A stretch of 64,000 nt of DNA, taken from the NCBI GenBank assembly GCA_029245395.1, contig JAQWPL010000024.1, forward strand, positions 90,887 through 154,886, written 5' to 3'. Below, piece after piece: positions 38,704-48,316 of the stretch (position 1 is its first letter; each line of letters opens with the position of its first letter). A program made the position numbers and the translations under genes. The notes beneath the pieces were generated by a model. It searched no databases. It saw nothing but the letters and a program-made list of their open reading frames with translations, and had not been told where the DNA came from. The stretch comes from Gammaproteobacteria bacterium. Its GTDB lineage: Bacteria; Pseudomonadota; Gammaproteobacteria; Pseudomonadales; Pseudohongiellaceae.

Positions 38704-39834
38704 ATGATGAAACGCTTTTTAGCCAAATCTGTATTTTCAGCACTGACACTGACAATGGTGCTCAATAGCGTAAATGTCCTGGCACACCATTCCTTTGCCG
38801 CAGAGTTCGATGCTGACTCAATCGGTCACTTCCAGGGGGTTATTACCGAGGTGCGTTTCACCAATCCTCATGTTCGCTATCGGATTGAAGTGGAAAGTGA
38901 TGATGGCATCACTGAATCCTGGGAGCTGCAAGCTCGCAGTATTACCTCGCTAAGAGCGGAGGGCTGGTTAAAGGACAGTGTCAATGTGGGCGATGTGGTC
39001 TCGGTAGAGGGGCAGTTAGGCAGGAACGGCACAAAAAAACTTTTTATACGAGGTATTCAAATACAAGGTGGAGCGGGTTTAGGCAATATGGCGCGCAGTG
39101 AAAATGAAAATACCGGAAGCCAGGATGATCTTGTCGTCGCCAATGCGCAGGGTGGTTATGGTTTTGGGGATATTGAAACGAATTATCCTGTCGATATCAC
39201 CGGGTACTGGAGCAACCGATACAAATTTCAAACCACAGTAGATGACCTTCAACCGAAGCCGGTGCCGTTAACCCCTGAGGGCCGGGCGCTCTATGAAAGT
39301 AACGATAAATATGATGATCCGGTACTGCGCTGCCTCGCCTACGGTTTACCACGCACGTTTGGCAATCCTTACAACATGACAGTCTACGATGCAGGTACTC
39401 ATTACATGATGTTGCATGTTGATCAAAATTCCCCGCGCCGAGTCTGGATGGATGGAAGGTCACCCGATGCCAATACCCCAGCAACGTCCAATGGCTATTC
39501 GGTGGGACGCTGGGAAGGCAGGGAACTGTATATTGATACAACCCACTTATTAGGAGGCTGGCTGGATGGTTCCGGTTACCCCATGAGTGGCGAAGGTACA
39601 CGCATTGAAGAGCGTTTCACCATTGCCGCAGATGGCCTCACCATGGACCGAGTCATGACAATTCATGATCCGTATTACACTGCACCTTTGACGCGAGTAC
39701 GTGGTTCAGCGCGGGGCACTAACCTGGATGTTTATCAGCAGGGAGCCTGCGATCCCACCGGCTACTTTTCAGATCTGCGGGAAGCCGGCACGTTGGGTGA
39801 ATACCTAAATCCGGAACAATACCTGGCTCAATAA
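38704..39834 (+). CDS. Secreted fused N-module + C-module protein
   Basis: Signal ending VLA then HHSFAAEFD; FTNPHVRYR; LRAEGWLKDSVNVGDVVSVEG. C-part: VDITGYWSNR, RCLAYGLP, GYSVGRWEGRELYIDTTH, IEERFTI, QGACDP. Confidence 0.8.
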   Translation: MMKRFLAKSVFSALTLTMVLNSVNVLAHHSFAAEFDADSIGHFQGVITEVRFTNPHVRYRIEVESDDGITESWELQARSITSLRAEGWLKDSVNVGDVVSVEGQLGRNGTKKLFIRGIQIQGGAGLGNMARSENENTGSQDDLVVANAQGGYGFGDIETNYPVDITGYWSNRYKFQTTVDDLQPKPVPLTPEGRALYESNDKYDDPVLRCLAYGLPRTFGNPYNMTVYDAGTHYMMLHVDQNSPRRVWMDGRSPDANTPATSNGYSVGRWEGRELYIDTTHLLGGWLDGSGYPMSGEGTRIEERFTIAADGLTMDRVMTIHDPYYTAPLTRVRGSARGTNLDVYQQGACDPTGYFSDLREAGTLGEYLNPEQYLAQ

Positions 39835-39863
39835 TAACTGCATCAATAGTACCTGATTAAAAA

Positions 39864-42299
39864 ATGGTCATGGGTTTAAACAACATTTGGAGAAATATCG
39901 GTAGCGTTTTTACCATGCTGCCGGTTGTCCTTTTTATGATGATCGGCTGGAGTCCTTCAGCCATCAGTGCTGATGAACGGCCCGTGAATGGAAATGTCGC
40001 TTACGATAGTCTGGAAGACTGGACAAGTCGCAGTGATCCGGAATTAAATCTTTTAGAGCAATACTGCATGGAGTGCCATAACTCCACGGATTGGGCTGGG
40101 GGCGTGGCCTTTGATTTGATGTCTCTGGAGGAACTGGATCATGACGCCGCCATCTGGGAAGAGGCAGTTCGCAAGCTCCGGGCTGGACTAATGCCCCCCC
40201 AGGGAAAACCGCGACCGGAGCGAGCAATACTTGATGGCATGGCGAAGTGGTTAGGAACCGGCCTGGATCTGGCCTGGGATGTATCGCCCAATCCGGGTGC
40301 GGAACCGGTTTCGCGCCTCAATCGTGAAGAATACAGGAACGCGGTGTGGGATGTGCTGGCGTTCGATGCAGGGGATCTCGTGGGCACGCTTCCTGCGGAC
40401 GAAATTGCAGGAGGCTTTGACAATATCGCACAGGTTCTTAGCATGTCGCCGACTTTGCTTGAAGGCTACCTTTCGGTGGCGATGCAGATCAGTAAGCAAG
40501 CGGTAGGCGATATTGCCACGGTGCCGACACAGGTCGAGTACCGGGCAGGTGGTGGGAATTCTCAACAAGGTTATGTCGAGGGTCTTCCGCTCGGAACACG
40601 TGGGGGCATGATGGTCGAGCATTTCTTCCCCGTTGATGCGAAATACGAGTTTCAGATCTCAGCCAACATCGCTGCCTATGGGCGTAGTCCTGATACCGGG
40701 CGAATGAGTTGGTGTGAAGGCCCCAAAATTGAAGTGATGTTCAATGGTGTCTCCCTGCCAGTGGAAGACCCCACGCAGTTTCGACTTGAAGTACCCGCTG
40801 GTCCACATTCCATTGCATTGGCTCTACTCGATGAGCGTCATTGTATCGGCACCGGCGAGTTCCTCCTCGGCGACACCAACCCGTCAGCCGGAAGTGTCCA
40901 GGGTCTGGAAATCGATGGACCGTACAACATAAGCGGAGCTGGAGACACGCCCAGCAGAAGAGCGATTTTTGTCTGCCAGCCTGATCGTCCAGAAGCGGAA
41001 GAGTCTTGTGCCCGGCAAAACCTTAGTCAACTCGCCACTCGAGCTTATCGGCGCCCGATCGGTACCCAGGATCCGGAAGTCGATACATTGATGCAATTCT
41101 ATGATACGAGCCGCAATGTTGAAGGTGGGAATTTCGAAAGCGGTATTCAGAGCGCACTCACATGGTTGCTTGCGGACCCCAGGTTTCTGTACCGATTCGA
41201 GGAAGAGCCAACTGGTCTAATGGCTGGTGAGGTGTACCGAATCAGTGATATCGAGTTAGCTTCCAGGTTGTCCTTTTTCCTCTGGAGCAGCATCCCGGAT
41301 GAGGCACTGCTGGGATTGGCTGCGCAAGGGGAGCTGGGAGAGGAAGATGTGCTGGAGCGGGAAGTGCAGCGCATGTTGACGGACCCACTCGCGGCTACGC
41401 TTATAGAGAACTTTGTCGGCCAGTGGTTGCTGTTGCGCCAGTTGGAGGAAGCGGTACCGCAAGCCCCGGCATTCGATGCTGACTTGCAGGAAGCCATGCG
41501 GCAGGAGACCTTGCTCTTCTTCCGGAGTCTGGTACGTGAAGACAAAAATCTCCTGAACCTTCTCGACGCTGACTATACCTATTTGAACGAACGTCTCGCG
41601 ACGCACTATGGAATGGAAGGTGTGTGGGGCGGGTACATGCGCAGAGTCGAGCTGCCAGAGGACAGTCCCCGCCGGGGTCTTCTGGGGCACGGTAGCATAC
41701 TGACTGCGACGTCGGTACCGAATCGAACTTCACCGGTGATCAGGGGGGCGTGGATCGTGGAAAACATTCTCGGGGCTCACGTGCCGCTTCCGCCTCCAGG
41801 TGTTGAGACAAATCTCGACCAGCCGGCATCCGGTCAGGATGTGCAGGCTGACACCCTGCGCCAGAGACTGGAGTTGCATCGGGCTGATCCGTCTTGTGCA
41901 TCCTGCCACCAGATTATGGATCCCGTCGGTTTTGCACTGGAGAACTTTGACCTGATCGGTCGTTGGCGCTCACTCGACAATGGGCTGTCAATCAACACAG
42001 CGTCCGAGATGGTAGATGGTACTTATATAGATGGGCCTGCTACATTGCGTGCCGCCCTGTTGGCAAGACCGGAAGCTTTCATGACCTCCATTAGCGAGCG
42101 ATTGCTCACCTACGCGCTGGGAAGGGAGCTGGATCACTTTGACGCGCCTGCGGTGCGACGTATCGTTGAGCAGGCAGTCTCGGAAGGGTTTACCTGGACT
42201 GCGCTGGTGCAGGCGGTTGTGTTGAGCGACCCGTTTCAGCAGCGCATTAAACCGGAAGTAGAGGGCGTGACCACTGCGCAAACTGCCCCCCGGGACTAG
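39864..42299 (+). CDS. DUF1592/DUF1587/DUF1588/DUF1595-type protein with N-terminal CxxCH
   Basis: [23 protein letters not shown]; large alpha-rich body; C-terminal [19 protein letters not shown], typical of this family. Confidence 0.75.
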   Translation: MVMGLNNIWRNIGSVFTMLPVVLFMMIGWSPSAISADERPVNGNVAYDSLEDWTSRSDPELNLLEQYCMECHNSTDWAGGVAFDLMSLEELDHDAAIWEEAVRKLRAGLMPPQGKPRPERAILDGMAKWLGTGLDLAWDVSPNPGAEPVSRLNREEYRNAVWDVLAFDAGDLVGTLPADEIAGGFDNIAQVLSMSPTLLEGYLSVAMQISKQAVGDIATVPTQVEYRAGGGNSQQGYVEGLPLGTRGGMMVEHFFPVDAKYEFQISANIAAYGRSPDTGRMSWCEGPKIEVMFNGVSLPVEDPTQFRLEVPAGPHSIALALLDERHCIGTGEFLLGDTNPSAGSVQGLEIDGPYNISGAGDTPSRRAIFVCQPDRPEAEESCARQNLSQLATRAYRRPIGTQDPEVDTLMQFYDTSRNVEGGNFESGIQSALTWLLADPRFLYRFEEEPTGLMAGEVYRISDIELASRLSFFLWSSIPDEALLGLAAQGELGEEDVLEREVQRMLTDPLAATLIENFVGQWLLLRQLEEAVPQAPAFDADLQEAMRQETLLFFRSLVREDKNLLNLLDADYTYLNERLATHYGMEGVWGGYMRRVELPEDSPRRGLLGHGSILTATSVPNRTSPVIRGAWIVENILGAHVPLPPPGVETNLDQPASGQDVQADTLRQRLELHRADPSCASCHQIMDPVGFALENFDLIGRWRSLDNGLSINTASEMVDGTYIDGPATLRAALLARPEAFMTSISERLLTYALGRELDHFDAPAVRRIVEQAVSEGFTWTALVQAVVLSDPFQQRIKPEVEGVTTAQTAPRD

Positions 42300-42371
42300 G
42301 GGCTGTGTACACTATGACCCGACATATAGACATATATAGAACAGAGAAAAAAGAACAGAGCAAAAGCTGAT

Positions 42372-43655
42372 ATGAATTATCTGACGAAGAAACATATATC
42401 CCGGCGTAAACTCCTGCGAGGCACTGGCGTTTCACTTGCTCTGCCTTTTCTGGAGTCCATGAATCCGGCCGGGACGCTACGCGCTGCCGAGTTGGGGACA
42501 CCCAGGTCGAGGTTGGCTTGTATCTATATTCCTCATGGCGCAGTTCAGGATCGCTGGGAACCGTCGGCCGTTGGCAGGAACTTTGAGTTCAGTCCGACGC
42601 TGCAGGCCCTGGAGCCATTCCGCGATCACATCAATATTGTCAGCGGTCTGACTTTACCAGCGGCATATGAAGGGGATCCTTCTGCTGGCGCGAATCACCG
42701 TCGTTCTTCCCGGTGCTGGCTTACCTGTGTTGCACCTGGCACTGGCCCGTCACCGACTTCGATGGATCAGGTGGCAGCAGATTACATCGGTCAGGATACG
42801 CAGCTACCTTCACTGGAGCTCTCTCTGGAAGAGCGTTTCTCCATATCCTACCGAACACCCAACAATCCGATGCCTATGCAGGCCAATCCGCGGGTGGTGT
42901 TTGAACGGCTGTTCGGGGACGGCAGTTCTCCGGAAAAACTCGCCGCGCGAAGACAACAAAGGGCGACCATTCTTGATGTCGTACGACAGGAAATTAATTC
43001 TTTGCAGCGCACACTGCCATCAAATGACCGCATCCGGATGGAGCAATACCTGAACGATGTCCGTGAAGTGGAGCGACGCCTGAGCCTGGAAATGGATGCT
43101 TTACCCCGGGAACTGGACCTGCCTGATAGACCATCAGGCATTCCGGATAATTTTGAGGATCATGCGATGATCATGTTCGATTTGATAGCGCTTGCCTGGC
43201 AGGCTGACATAACGCGTGTTTCCACCATGATGTTGGCACAGGAGCTCACTAATCGGGCGTTTCCGCGGAGCGGAGTGAATGAGCCTTTCCATAATTGTTC
43301 CCATCACATGGAAATCGCGGAAAATATAAACCGTCTTGCGACACTTAACGCCTACCATTTGCGCAGCACAATGGGTTATTTCGTCGCCAGGCTGAGCGCG
43401 ACGCCAGACGGAGATGGCTCTCTGCTGGATCATTCCCTGGTAATGTACGGTAGTGGAATGGGCGACTCACAGAATCACAACCACAACTCGCTGCCGGTTG
43501 TGCTTGCGGGCGGCGCATCCGGAAGGGTGGCTGGCGGGAAGCATGTGCGCGTGGACGCCAGCACCCCGATTTCCAATCTTCTGGTAACGATGCTCGACAA
43601 GGTGGGCGTGCCTGTCGACAGGTTTGCAGACAGCAACGGTAGCGTGGATATCTGA
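42372..43655 (+). CDS. DUF1552 family protein, Tat signal
   Basis: SRRKLLRGTGVSLALPFLESM is the family-typical N-terminus. This family usually pairs with DUF1592 genes. Confidence 0.75.
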   Translation: MNYLTKKHISRRKLLRGTGVSLALPFLESMNPAGTLRAAELGTPRSRLACIYIPHGAVQDRWEPSAVGRNFEFSPTLQALEPFRDHINIVSGLTLPAAYEGDPSAGANHRRSSRCWLTCVAPGTGPSPTSMDQVAADYIGQDTQLPSLELSLEERFSISYRTPNNPMPMQANPRVVFERLFGDGSSPEKLAARRQQRATILDVVRQEINSLQRTLPSNDRIRMEQYLNDVREVERRLSLEMDALPRELDLPDRPSGIPDNFEDHAMIMFDLIALAWQADITRVSTMMLAQELTNRAFPRSGVNEPFHNCSHHMEIAENINRLATLNAYHLRSTMGYFVARLSATPDGDGSLLDHSLVMYGSGMGDSQNHNHNSLPVVLAGGASGRVAGGKHVRVDASTPISNLLVTMLDKVGVPVDRFADSNGSVDI

Positions 43656-43674
43656 ACATGGAGGAGACTCTGTC

Positions 43675-45321
43675 GTGAGCATAGTAAAAAGTCGGATATT
43701 GTTTTACCCGTGTTGGTTGTGCGGTGTTCTGTTGATCAGTTCGCTCGCCCAGTTCGGCGGCTCGGCAATTGCCCAGACACTATCCGTGCCGAGACCGGAT
43801 CAGTTGCAGGGTTCACCTGTTGCGGAAGCGGCCAGGCAAGGGGACCGGCAAGCTGTGCAGACATTGCTGGAGCAAGGGCAGGATGTTAACGGCTGGAGCA
43901 GGGATGGCACACCGGCTCTGCACTGGGCAGTACGCGTTAACGACCAGGGTCTGGTCGACATGCTGCTCACTGCGGGTGCAGACGTGGATGGTGCAAATCG
44001 GTATGGGCAAGCCCCCATCCACGTTGCCGTGCAGCATCAACATGCAGACATACTTCAGCGCTTGCTGGAGGCCGGCGCCGATATAGAGACAACGGATGCA
44101 AGCGGAGAGCAGCCGCTGCTCCTGGCAACACGACTTGGTGCTTTCGACATGGTGGAGGCGTTGTTGGCCCACGGGGCGCAGGTAGATGCGCGTGATCTGA
44201 GCTATGGACAATCGGCCCTGATGATTGCCGTGCGAGAGGAAAATTCTGCACTGGTGCAGCGTCTTCTTGGAGCCGGCGCCGATGTCAACGCGCAGAGTCT
44301 GGCTGGTGAGGCAGACAGGTTTATCCTTCCCAGCGAAGTACCTGTGGGGACATCCAAGGGAGTGGGTATCAACCGTATGGGATGGCCGGACCGAGGAATG
44401 CGCCTCCCGATCACCGGAATGAAGACTCCTCTTATGTATGCAACAAGGCAGGGCAATCTTGAACTCACACAAATCCTGGTGGAAGCAGGAGCCGACATCG
44501 AGATTGCGGATGCAAATGGATTCAAGCCTCTGATCAATGCGATCCTTAATCACAGTATAGTGAACGTCAATAGTTCCGGGCAAAGTGAGCACTTGATGAT
44601 TGCCCGGTATTTGATCGAGGCAGGCGCGAACGTCAATGCCCAGGACTGGTATGGGCAAACGCCTCTTTGGGCTGCAGTCGATATTCGAAACCTGTATTTC
44701 CAGGTGACAGCAGCGTCCAATCGGGTGGACAGAGAGTCTGCATACGCGCTGATAGAGTTACTGCTGGCAGCGGGTGCAGATCCGAATTCACGAACAAAAG
44801 AATTCCCTCCCGAAAGGCGCTTTATTGCAGGCACCGGTTCCAACGGGTGGGTCGACATGACGGGACAAACACCATTTCTGCGCGCGTCGCTGGCGGGCGA
44901 TCTGCGGGTATTGCACCTGCTACTCGAGAATGGGGCTGATCCCAGTATCACTACATACGGAGGCACCACTCCGTTAATGGTGGCTGCCGGTATCACCTGG
45001 GCATTCTCGGAAACTTACGATGAAGGCAGTGATGCTCTCCTGGAAACGGTGAAGCTGACACATGCACTTGGACACGGTATCAACGCTGTTAACTCGATGG
45101 GGTTACGAGCGATTCACGGTGCTGCCAATCGCGGATCCAACGACATCATCTCCTACCTGGTGGAGAACGGTGCGCTACTGGATGTGATCGACAATGAAGG
45201 TCGCACGCCCATCGCCTGGGCAGAGGGCGTACTGACGGGGGCGCGAGCGCCGTTCCAGAAGACGGAGACGATCGCACTGTTGCAGGAGTTACAGTCCAGA
45301 GCTCCGTTGCAACTCGAATAA
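43675..45321 (+). CDS. Exported ankyrin-repeat protein
   Basis: GTG 43675 behind GGAGGA; signal peptide ending AIAQ; many GxTPLHxA / LLxxGADVNA repeat units. Confidence 0.8.
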   Translation: MSIVKSRILFYPCWLCGVLLISSLAQFGGSAIAQTLSVPRPDQLQGSPVAEAARQGDRQAVQTLLEQGQDVNGWSRDGTPALHWAVRVNDQGLVDMLLTAGADVDGANRYGQAPIHVAVQHQHADILQRLLEAGADIETTDASGEQPLLLATRLGAFDMVEALLAHGAQVDARDLSYGQSALMIAVREENSALVQRLLGAGADVNAQSLAGEADRFILPSEVPVGTSKGVGINRMGWPDRGMRLPITGMKTPLMYATRQGNLELTQILVEAGADIEIADANGFKPLINAILNHSIVNVNSSGQSEHLMIARYLIEAGANVNAQDWYGQTPLWAAVDIRNLYFQVTAASNRVDRESAYALIELLLAAGADPNSRTKEFPPERRFIAGTGSNGWVDMTGQTPFLRASLAGDLRVLHLLLENGADPSITTYGGTTPLMVAAGITWAFSETYDEGSDALLETVKLTHALGHGINAVNSMGLRAIHGAANRGSNDIISYLVENGALLDVIDNEGRTPIAWAEGVLTGARAPFQKTETIALLQELQSRAPLQLE

Positions 45322-45361
45322 TCTACTTTTATCCAAAATGTTTACATTTGAAAATTGGATC

Positions 45362-45384
45362 AAATGACTCTGACCCCTTTGATT
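45362..45384 (-). repeat. REP-like hairpin repeat, copy f (reverse orientation)
   Basis: AAATGACTCTGACCCCTTTGATT is the reverse complement of AATCAAAGGGGTCAGAGTCATTT. Confidence 0.65.
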
Positions 45385-45562
45385 TACACCTTTGATTTTT
45401 CTCAGACGGTGTTGGTGCTGAAGGGCCCAGAAGTAGCGAAACCAGAGGTGGAACGAGCATTGAGGTGAACCGATAAGTACTTCACTTGGTACGGGTTTTT
45501 ATGCTAGTTTCGGCAGCCTGGAAAAGAAACCCCAAAACAATATTATGAAAAGGGATTAAGTC

Positions 45563-48208
45563 ATGAAATCTGGTCGTTTGTTCATTTATTCATTACTGGC
45601 ATCAGCTTGTTTTGCCTTCAGCGTCCAGGCTCAGGAAGCAGTGAAAAACGGTCCCTGGTCTGATGACTCCATCTGGTCAGAAGGAGAAGTTCCACAAGCG
45701 GGTGGCAGAGTCAACATTGGCGATGATGTCAATGTCGTGCTCGATGTTAGCCCTCCCGCATTGAGTGGCATCACGATCAACGGCAAGCTTAGCTTCTCGG
45801 ATGAGTCAGAGTTTGAATTGACCACTGAGTGGATTCTGGTGTTCGGCGAGCTCGAGATCGGCACCGAAGCCAGGCCTCACACATCCAATGCGACCATTAC
45901 CCTCACCGACAACGTCAAGGATGAGCAACTGATGGGCATGGGCGATCGTGGCATTATGCTCTCGGGTGGCACTCTGAACCTGCACGGTAACCGCACCAAC
46001 GCCTGGACCAAGCTGGCTGAAACCGCCGAAGCTGGTAGCACCTCCATTGAAGTGCTAAGCGCCGATCAATGGCAGGTGGGTGACGAGATCGTTCTCGCTT
46101 CGACGGATTATAATCCGCGGCAGGCCGAAACTCGCCATATCACGGCCATCAGCGGCAACAGCATCTCCCTGGACGAACCTCTGGAGTACATGCACTTCGG
46201 CGAGATTACCTTTGAGGTGGATGAACGCGGTGAAGTGGGACTCCTGACCCGGAACATCAAGGTTCAGTCATCTGAAGATTCGCTTGAGTCATATTTAGGC
46301 GGCCACATCATGGCGATGATCACAAGCAAAATGTATGTAGAAGGTGTTGAACTGCATCGCATGGGCCAGCACCTGGAACTGGCGCGCTATCCGATTCACT
46401 GGCACCTTGTAGGCGATAGCGGTGAAGGCCAGTACGTCCGCAACACTGCCATCCACGACACCTTCAACCGCTGTGTGACCGTGCACGGCACCAATGACCT
46501 GCAGATAGAAAACAACGTGACTTACAACACCGTGGGTCACTGCTTCTTCATGGAAGACGGTATCGAGACCGGCAACGAATTCATCTCAAACCTGGCGATC
46601 CAAACCAAGTGTCATCCCACCATGGAATGCGTTCCATCCAATCTGGCCGCAAACGGTGAGATTGATGTTGAAAACAGCGGTGCACTCAGACAAACCAGTT
46701 TTTCCGGGGAGCATATCCTGCTGCCATCAGATAATACGGTGTCGTCATTCTGGATCACTAACCCAGACAATAGTTACATTGATAACGTGGCTGCAGGTTC
46801 TGATGAGACCGGCTTCTGGTTTTCCCTGCCGCTGCATCCGAATGGCGCCTTTCTGGGCTCAGAAGATAGCCTGAACACCTGGCCGCGCCGAACGCCGCTG
46901 CGCGCATTCAGAGGCAACGTGTCTCATTCCAACTTCGACGGGTTCATGATTGACCGGCACATCAACGAAGATAACACCTTCGGTCTGGCCTCCATTCCGT
47001 TGCTGCCGTTGGCAAATCCTGCTGACCTGGAAAGCGAAGCGTTGGAGACGCACTTCGAGAACTTGACCTCCTACAAGAACCGCAATGGGGGTCTCTGGGG
47101 CCGGGGCGACCTCTACATATACAGCAACTTGAAACTCGCTGACAATGCCATTGGCATGACGCAGGCCGCTGGCGACATCGGCACCTCACGGTTTAGTTCA
47201 CGGCTGGTTGATTCGCTGGTCGTGGGCGAGACCGATAATATCGGCAATCCCACGACGCCGGAGGAAGTCGCCTACGGTCGCAGCCTGCCGAAGCCTCCCA
47301 TTCCGGATTTCCCCATCCGCGGCTACGAATACTATGACTACCGCGATGATGTGGTGAACACGACATTCGTGAATTTCCAGGACAATGACAGGCGCAAAAC
47401 AGGCGCGCTGTCCTTCCTGCTATTCACGAGCGCGGGGCTCAGTACTGGAAGCACGATCAGCGGTGCGCAATTCGTCAACGCCAAGCCGGTCTATTTCCCG
47501 AATTTCGATCTCCGGTTCGATAATGATAACCGCGGCGGCGACGCATATCGGACCCTGTCGTTCCGCGACCTGGACGGCTCAGTGACCGGCATCCCCGATT
47601 CCCAAGTCATGCTCCACGATGGCGAGCACGACAGTGTCGTCACCGACGACACCTGTGAAATCCATCCCACCTGGAACGCCTCTGTGTGTACGGGTGATAT
47701 CGGTCGCCTGAATCTCTCGGACAGTAGAGGATGGCTTCCAGGCGCAGTCGATCTCGAATCCCGGACCGCTCGGTACGCTTTGCTCTCTTCGCTCGGTCCA
47801 AATGCTCCAGACACTCCCCTCGTTCAGGCCCAACGTGCCGCTCTGTTTTCTCGTCGTGCTCCGCAGGCACCTATCGCGCTTGTTCGCAATGGCAAGGAAT
47901 TCAAGATATTCGGCGACCAGAGCACTGTGAAAGCCGGCACCGAGATACAGGTAAAAACCGAAAGGCAGGAAGTCACTCTCAGTCTGACCGAAATGGAACA
48001 GGGCTCATGGGTCATATTTGAACTGCCGGGTTTCACCAATGCAGCTACCGGAACCGAACAAGGCAGCATGGACGCATTGCACCAGGTGAACGAGACGTCC
48101 TATTTCAACGACGGAGCTACCATGTGGGTCAAGCTGGTGGCCGATGCTCCGGTCATGGAGATCATTCGTCCAACGGATCTGCAAGCCAGTATAACGGTCA
48201 GCCGCTAG
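45563..48208 (+). CDS. Secreted G8-domain / right-handed beta-helix protein, CEMIP/TMEM2-like
   Basis: Signal peptide. G8-like WSDDSIWSEGEVPQAGGRVNIGDDVNVVLDVSPPALSGITINGKLSF. ARYPIHWHLVGDSGEGQYVRNTAIHDTFNRCVTVHGT...GHCFFMEDGIETGNEF matches the conserved core I recall from CEMIP-type proteins. Confidence 0.75.
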   Translation: MKSGRLFIYSLLASACFAFSVQAQEAVKNGPWSDDSIWSEGEVPQAGGRVNIGDDVNVVLDVSPPALSGITINGKLSFSDESEFELTTEWILVFGELEIGTEARPHTSNATITLTDNVKDEQLMGMGDRGIMLSGGTLNLHGNRTNAWTKLAETAEAGSTSIEVLSADQWQVGDEIVLASTDYNPRQAETRHITAISGNSISLDEPLEYMHFGEITFEVDERGEVGLLTRNIKVQSSEDSLESYLGGHIMAMITSKMYVEGVELHRMGQHLELARYPIHWHLVGDSGEGQYVRNTAIHDTFNRCVTVHGTNDLQIENNVTYNTVGHCFFMEDGIETGNEFISNLAIQTKCHPTMECVPSNLAANGEIDVENSGALRQTSFSGEHILLPSDNTVSSFWITNPDNSYIDNVAAGSDETGFWFSLPLHPNGAFLGSEDSLNTWPRRTPLRAFRGNVSHSNFDGFMIDRHINEDNTFGLASIPLLPLANPADLESEALETHFENLTSYKNRNGGLWGRGDLYIYSNLKLADNAIGMTQAAGDIGTSRFSSRLVDSLVVGETDNIGNPTTPEEVAYGRSLPKPPIPDFPIRGYEYYDYRDDVVNTTFVNFQDNDRRKTGALSFLLFTSAGLSTGSTISGAQFVNAKPVYFPNFDLRFDNDNRGGDAYRTLSFRDLDGSVTGIPDSQVMLHDGEHDSVVTDDTCEIHPTWNASVCTGDIGRLNLSDSRGWLPGAVDLESRTARYALLSSLGPNAPDTPLVQAQRAALFSRRAPQAPIALVRNGKEFKIFGDQSTVKAGTEIQVKTERQEVTLSLTEMEQGSWVIFELPGFTNAATGTEQGSMDALHQVNETSYFNDGATMWVKLVADAPVMEIIRPTDLQASITVSR

Positions 48209-48232
48209 GCCAGATCCAGCCTGAAAACAAAG

Positions 48233-48262
48233 CCCTCGGCATTCATGCCGGGGGTATTTTTA
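48233..48262 (+). terminator. Rho-independent terminator
   Basis: CCCTCGGCAT-TC-ATGCCGGGGG followed by TATTTTTA, 25 nt after the stop. Confidence 0.7.
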
Positions 48263-48274
48263 TTACAGACTATG

Positions 48275-48301
48275 AATCAAAGGGGCCAGAGTAACTTGAT
48301 T
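48275..48301 (+). repeat. REP-like hairpin repeat, copy g
   Basis: AATCAA-AGGGGCCAGAGTAAC-TTGATT. Confidence 0.65.
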
Positions 48302-48316
48302 TGGCGGAATGGAAAA

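Noticed and set aside
43813-44658. 281-aa minus-strand ORF, with several others, inside the ankyrin gene
   Set aside because: It lies entirely antisense to a gene with strong repeat-family signal. The translation is Arg/Cys/His-rich with no motif, which is typical of a shadow ORF.
26993-48316. Search for an integrase, excisionase or phage genes to support an active island or prophage
   Set aside because: None of the ORFs in the interval shows tyrosine/serine recombinase or phage structural motifs. I therefore describe the element only as a relic.
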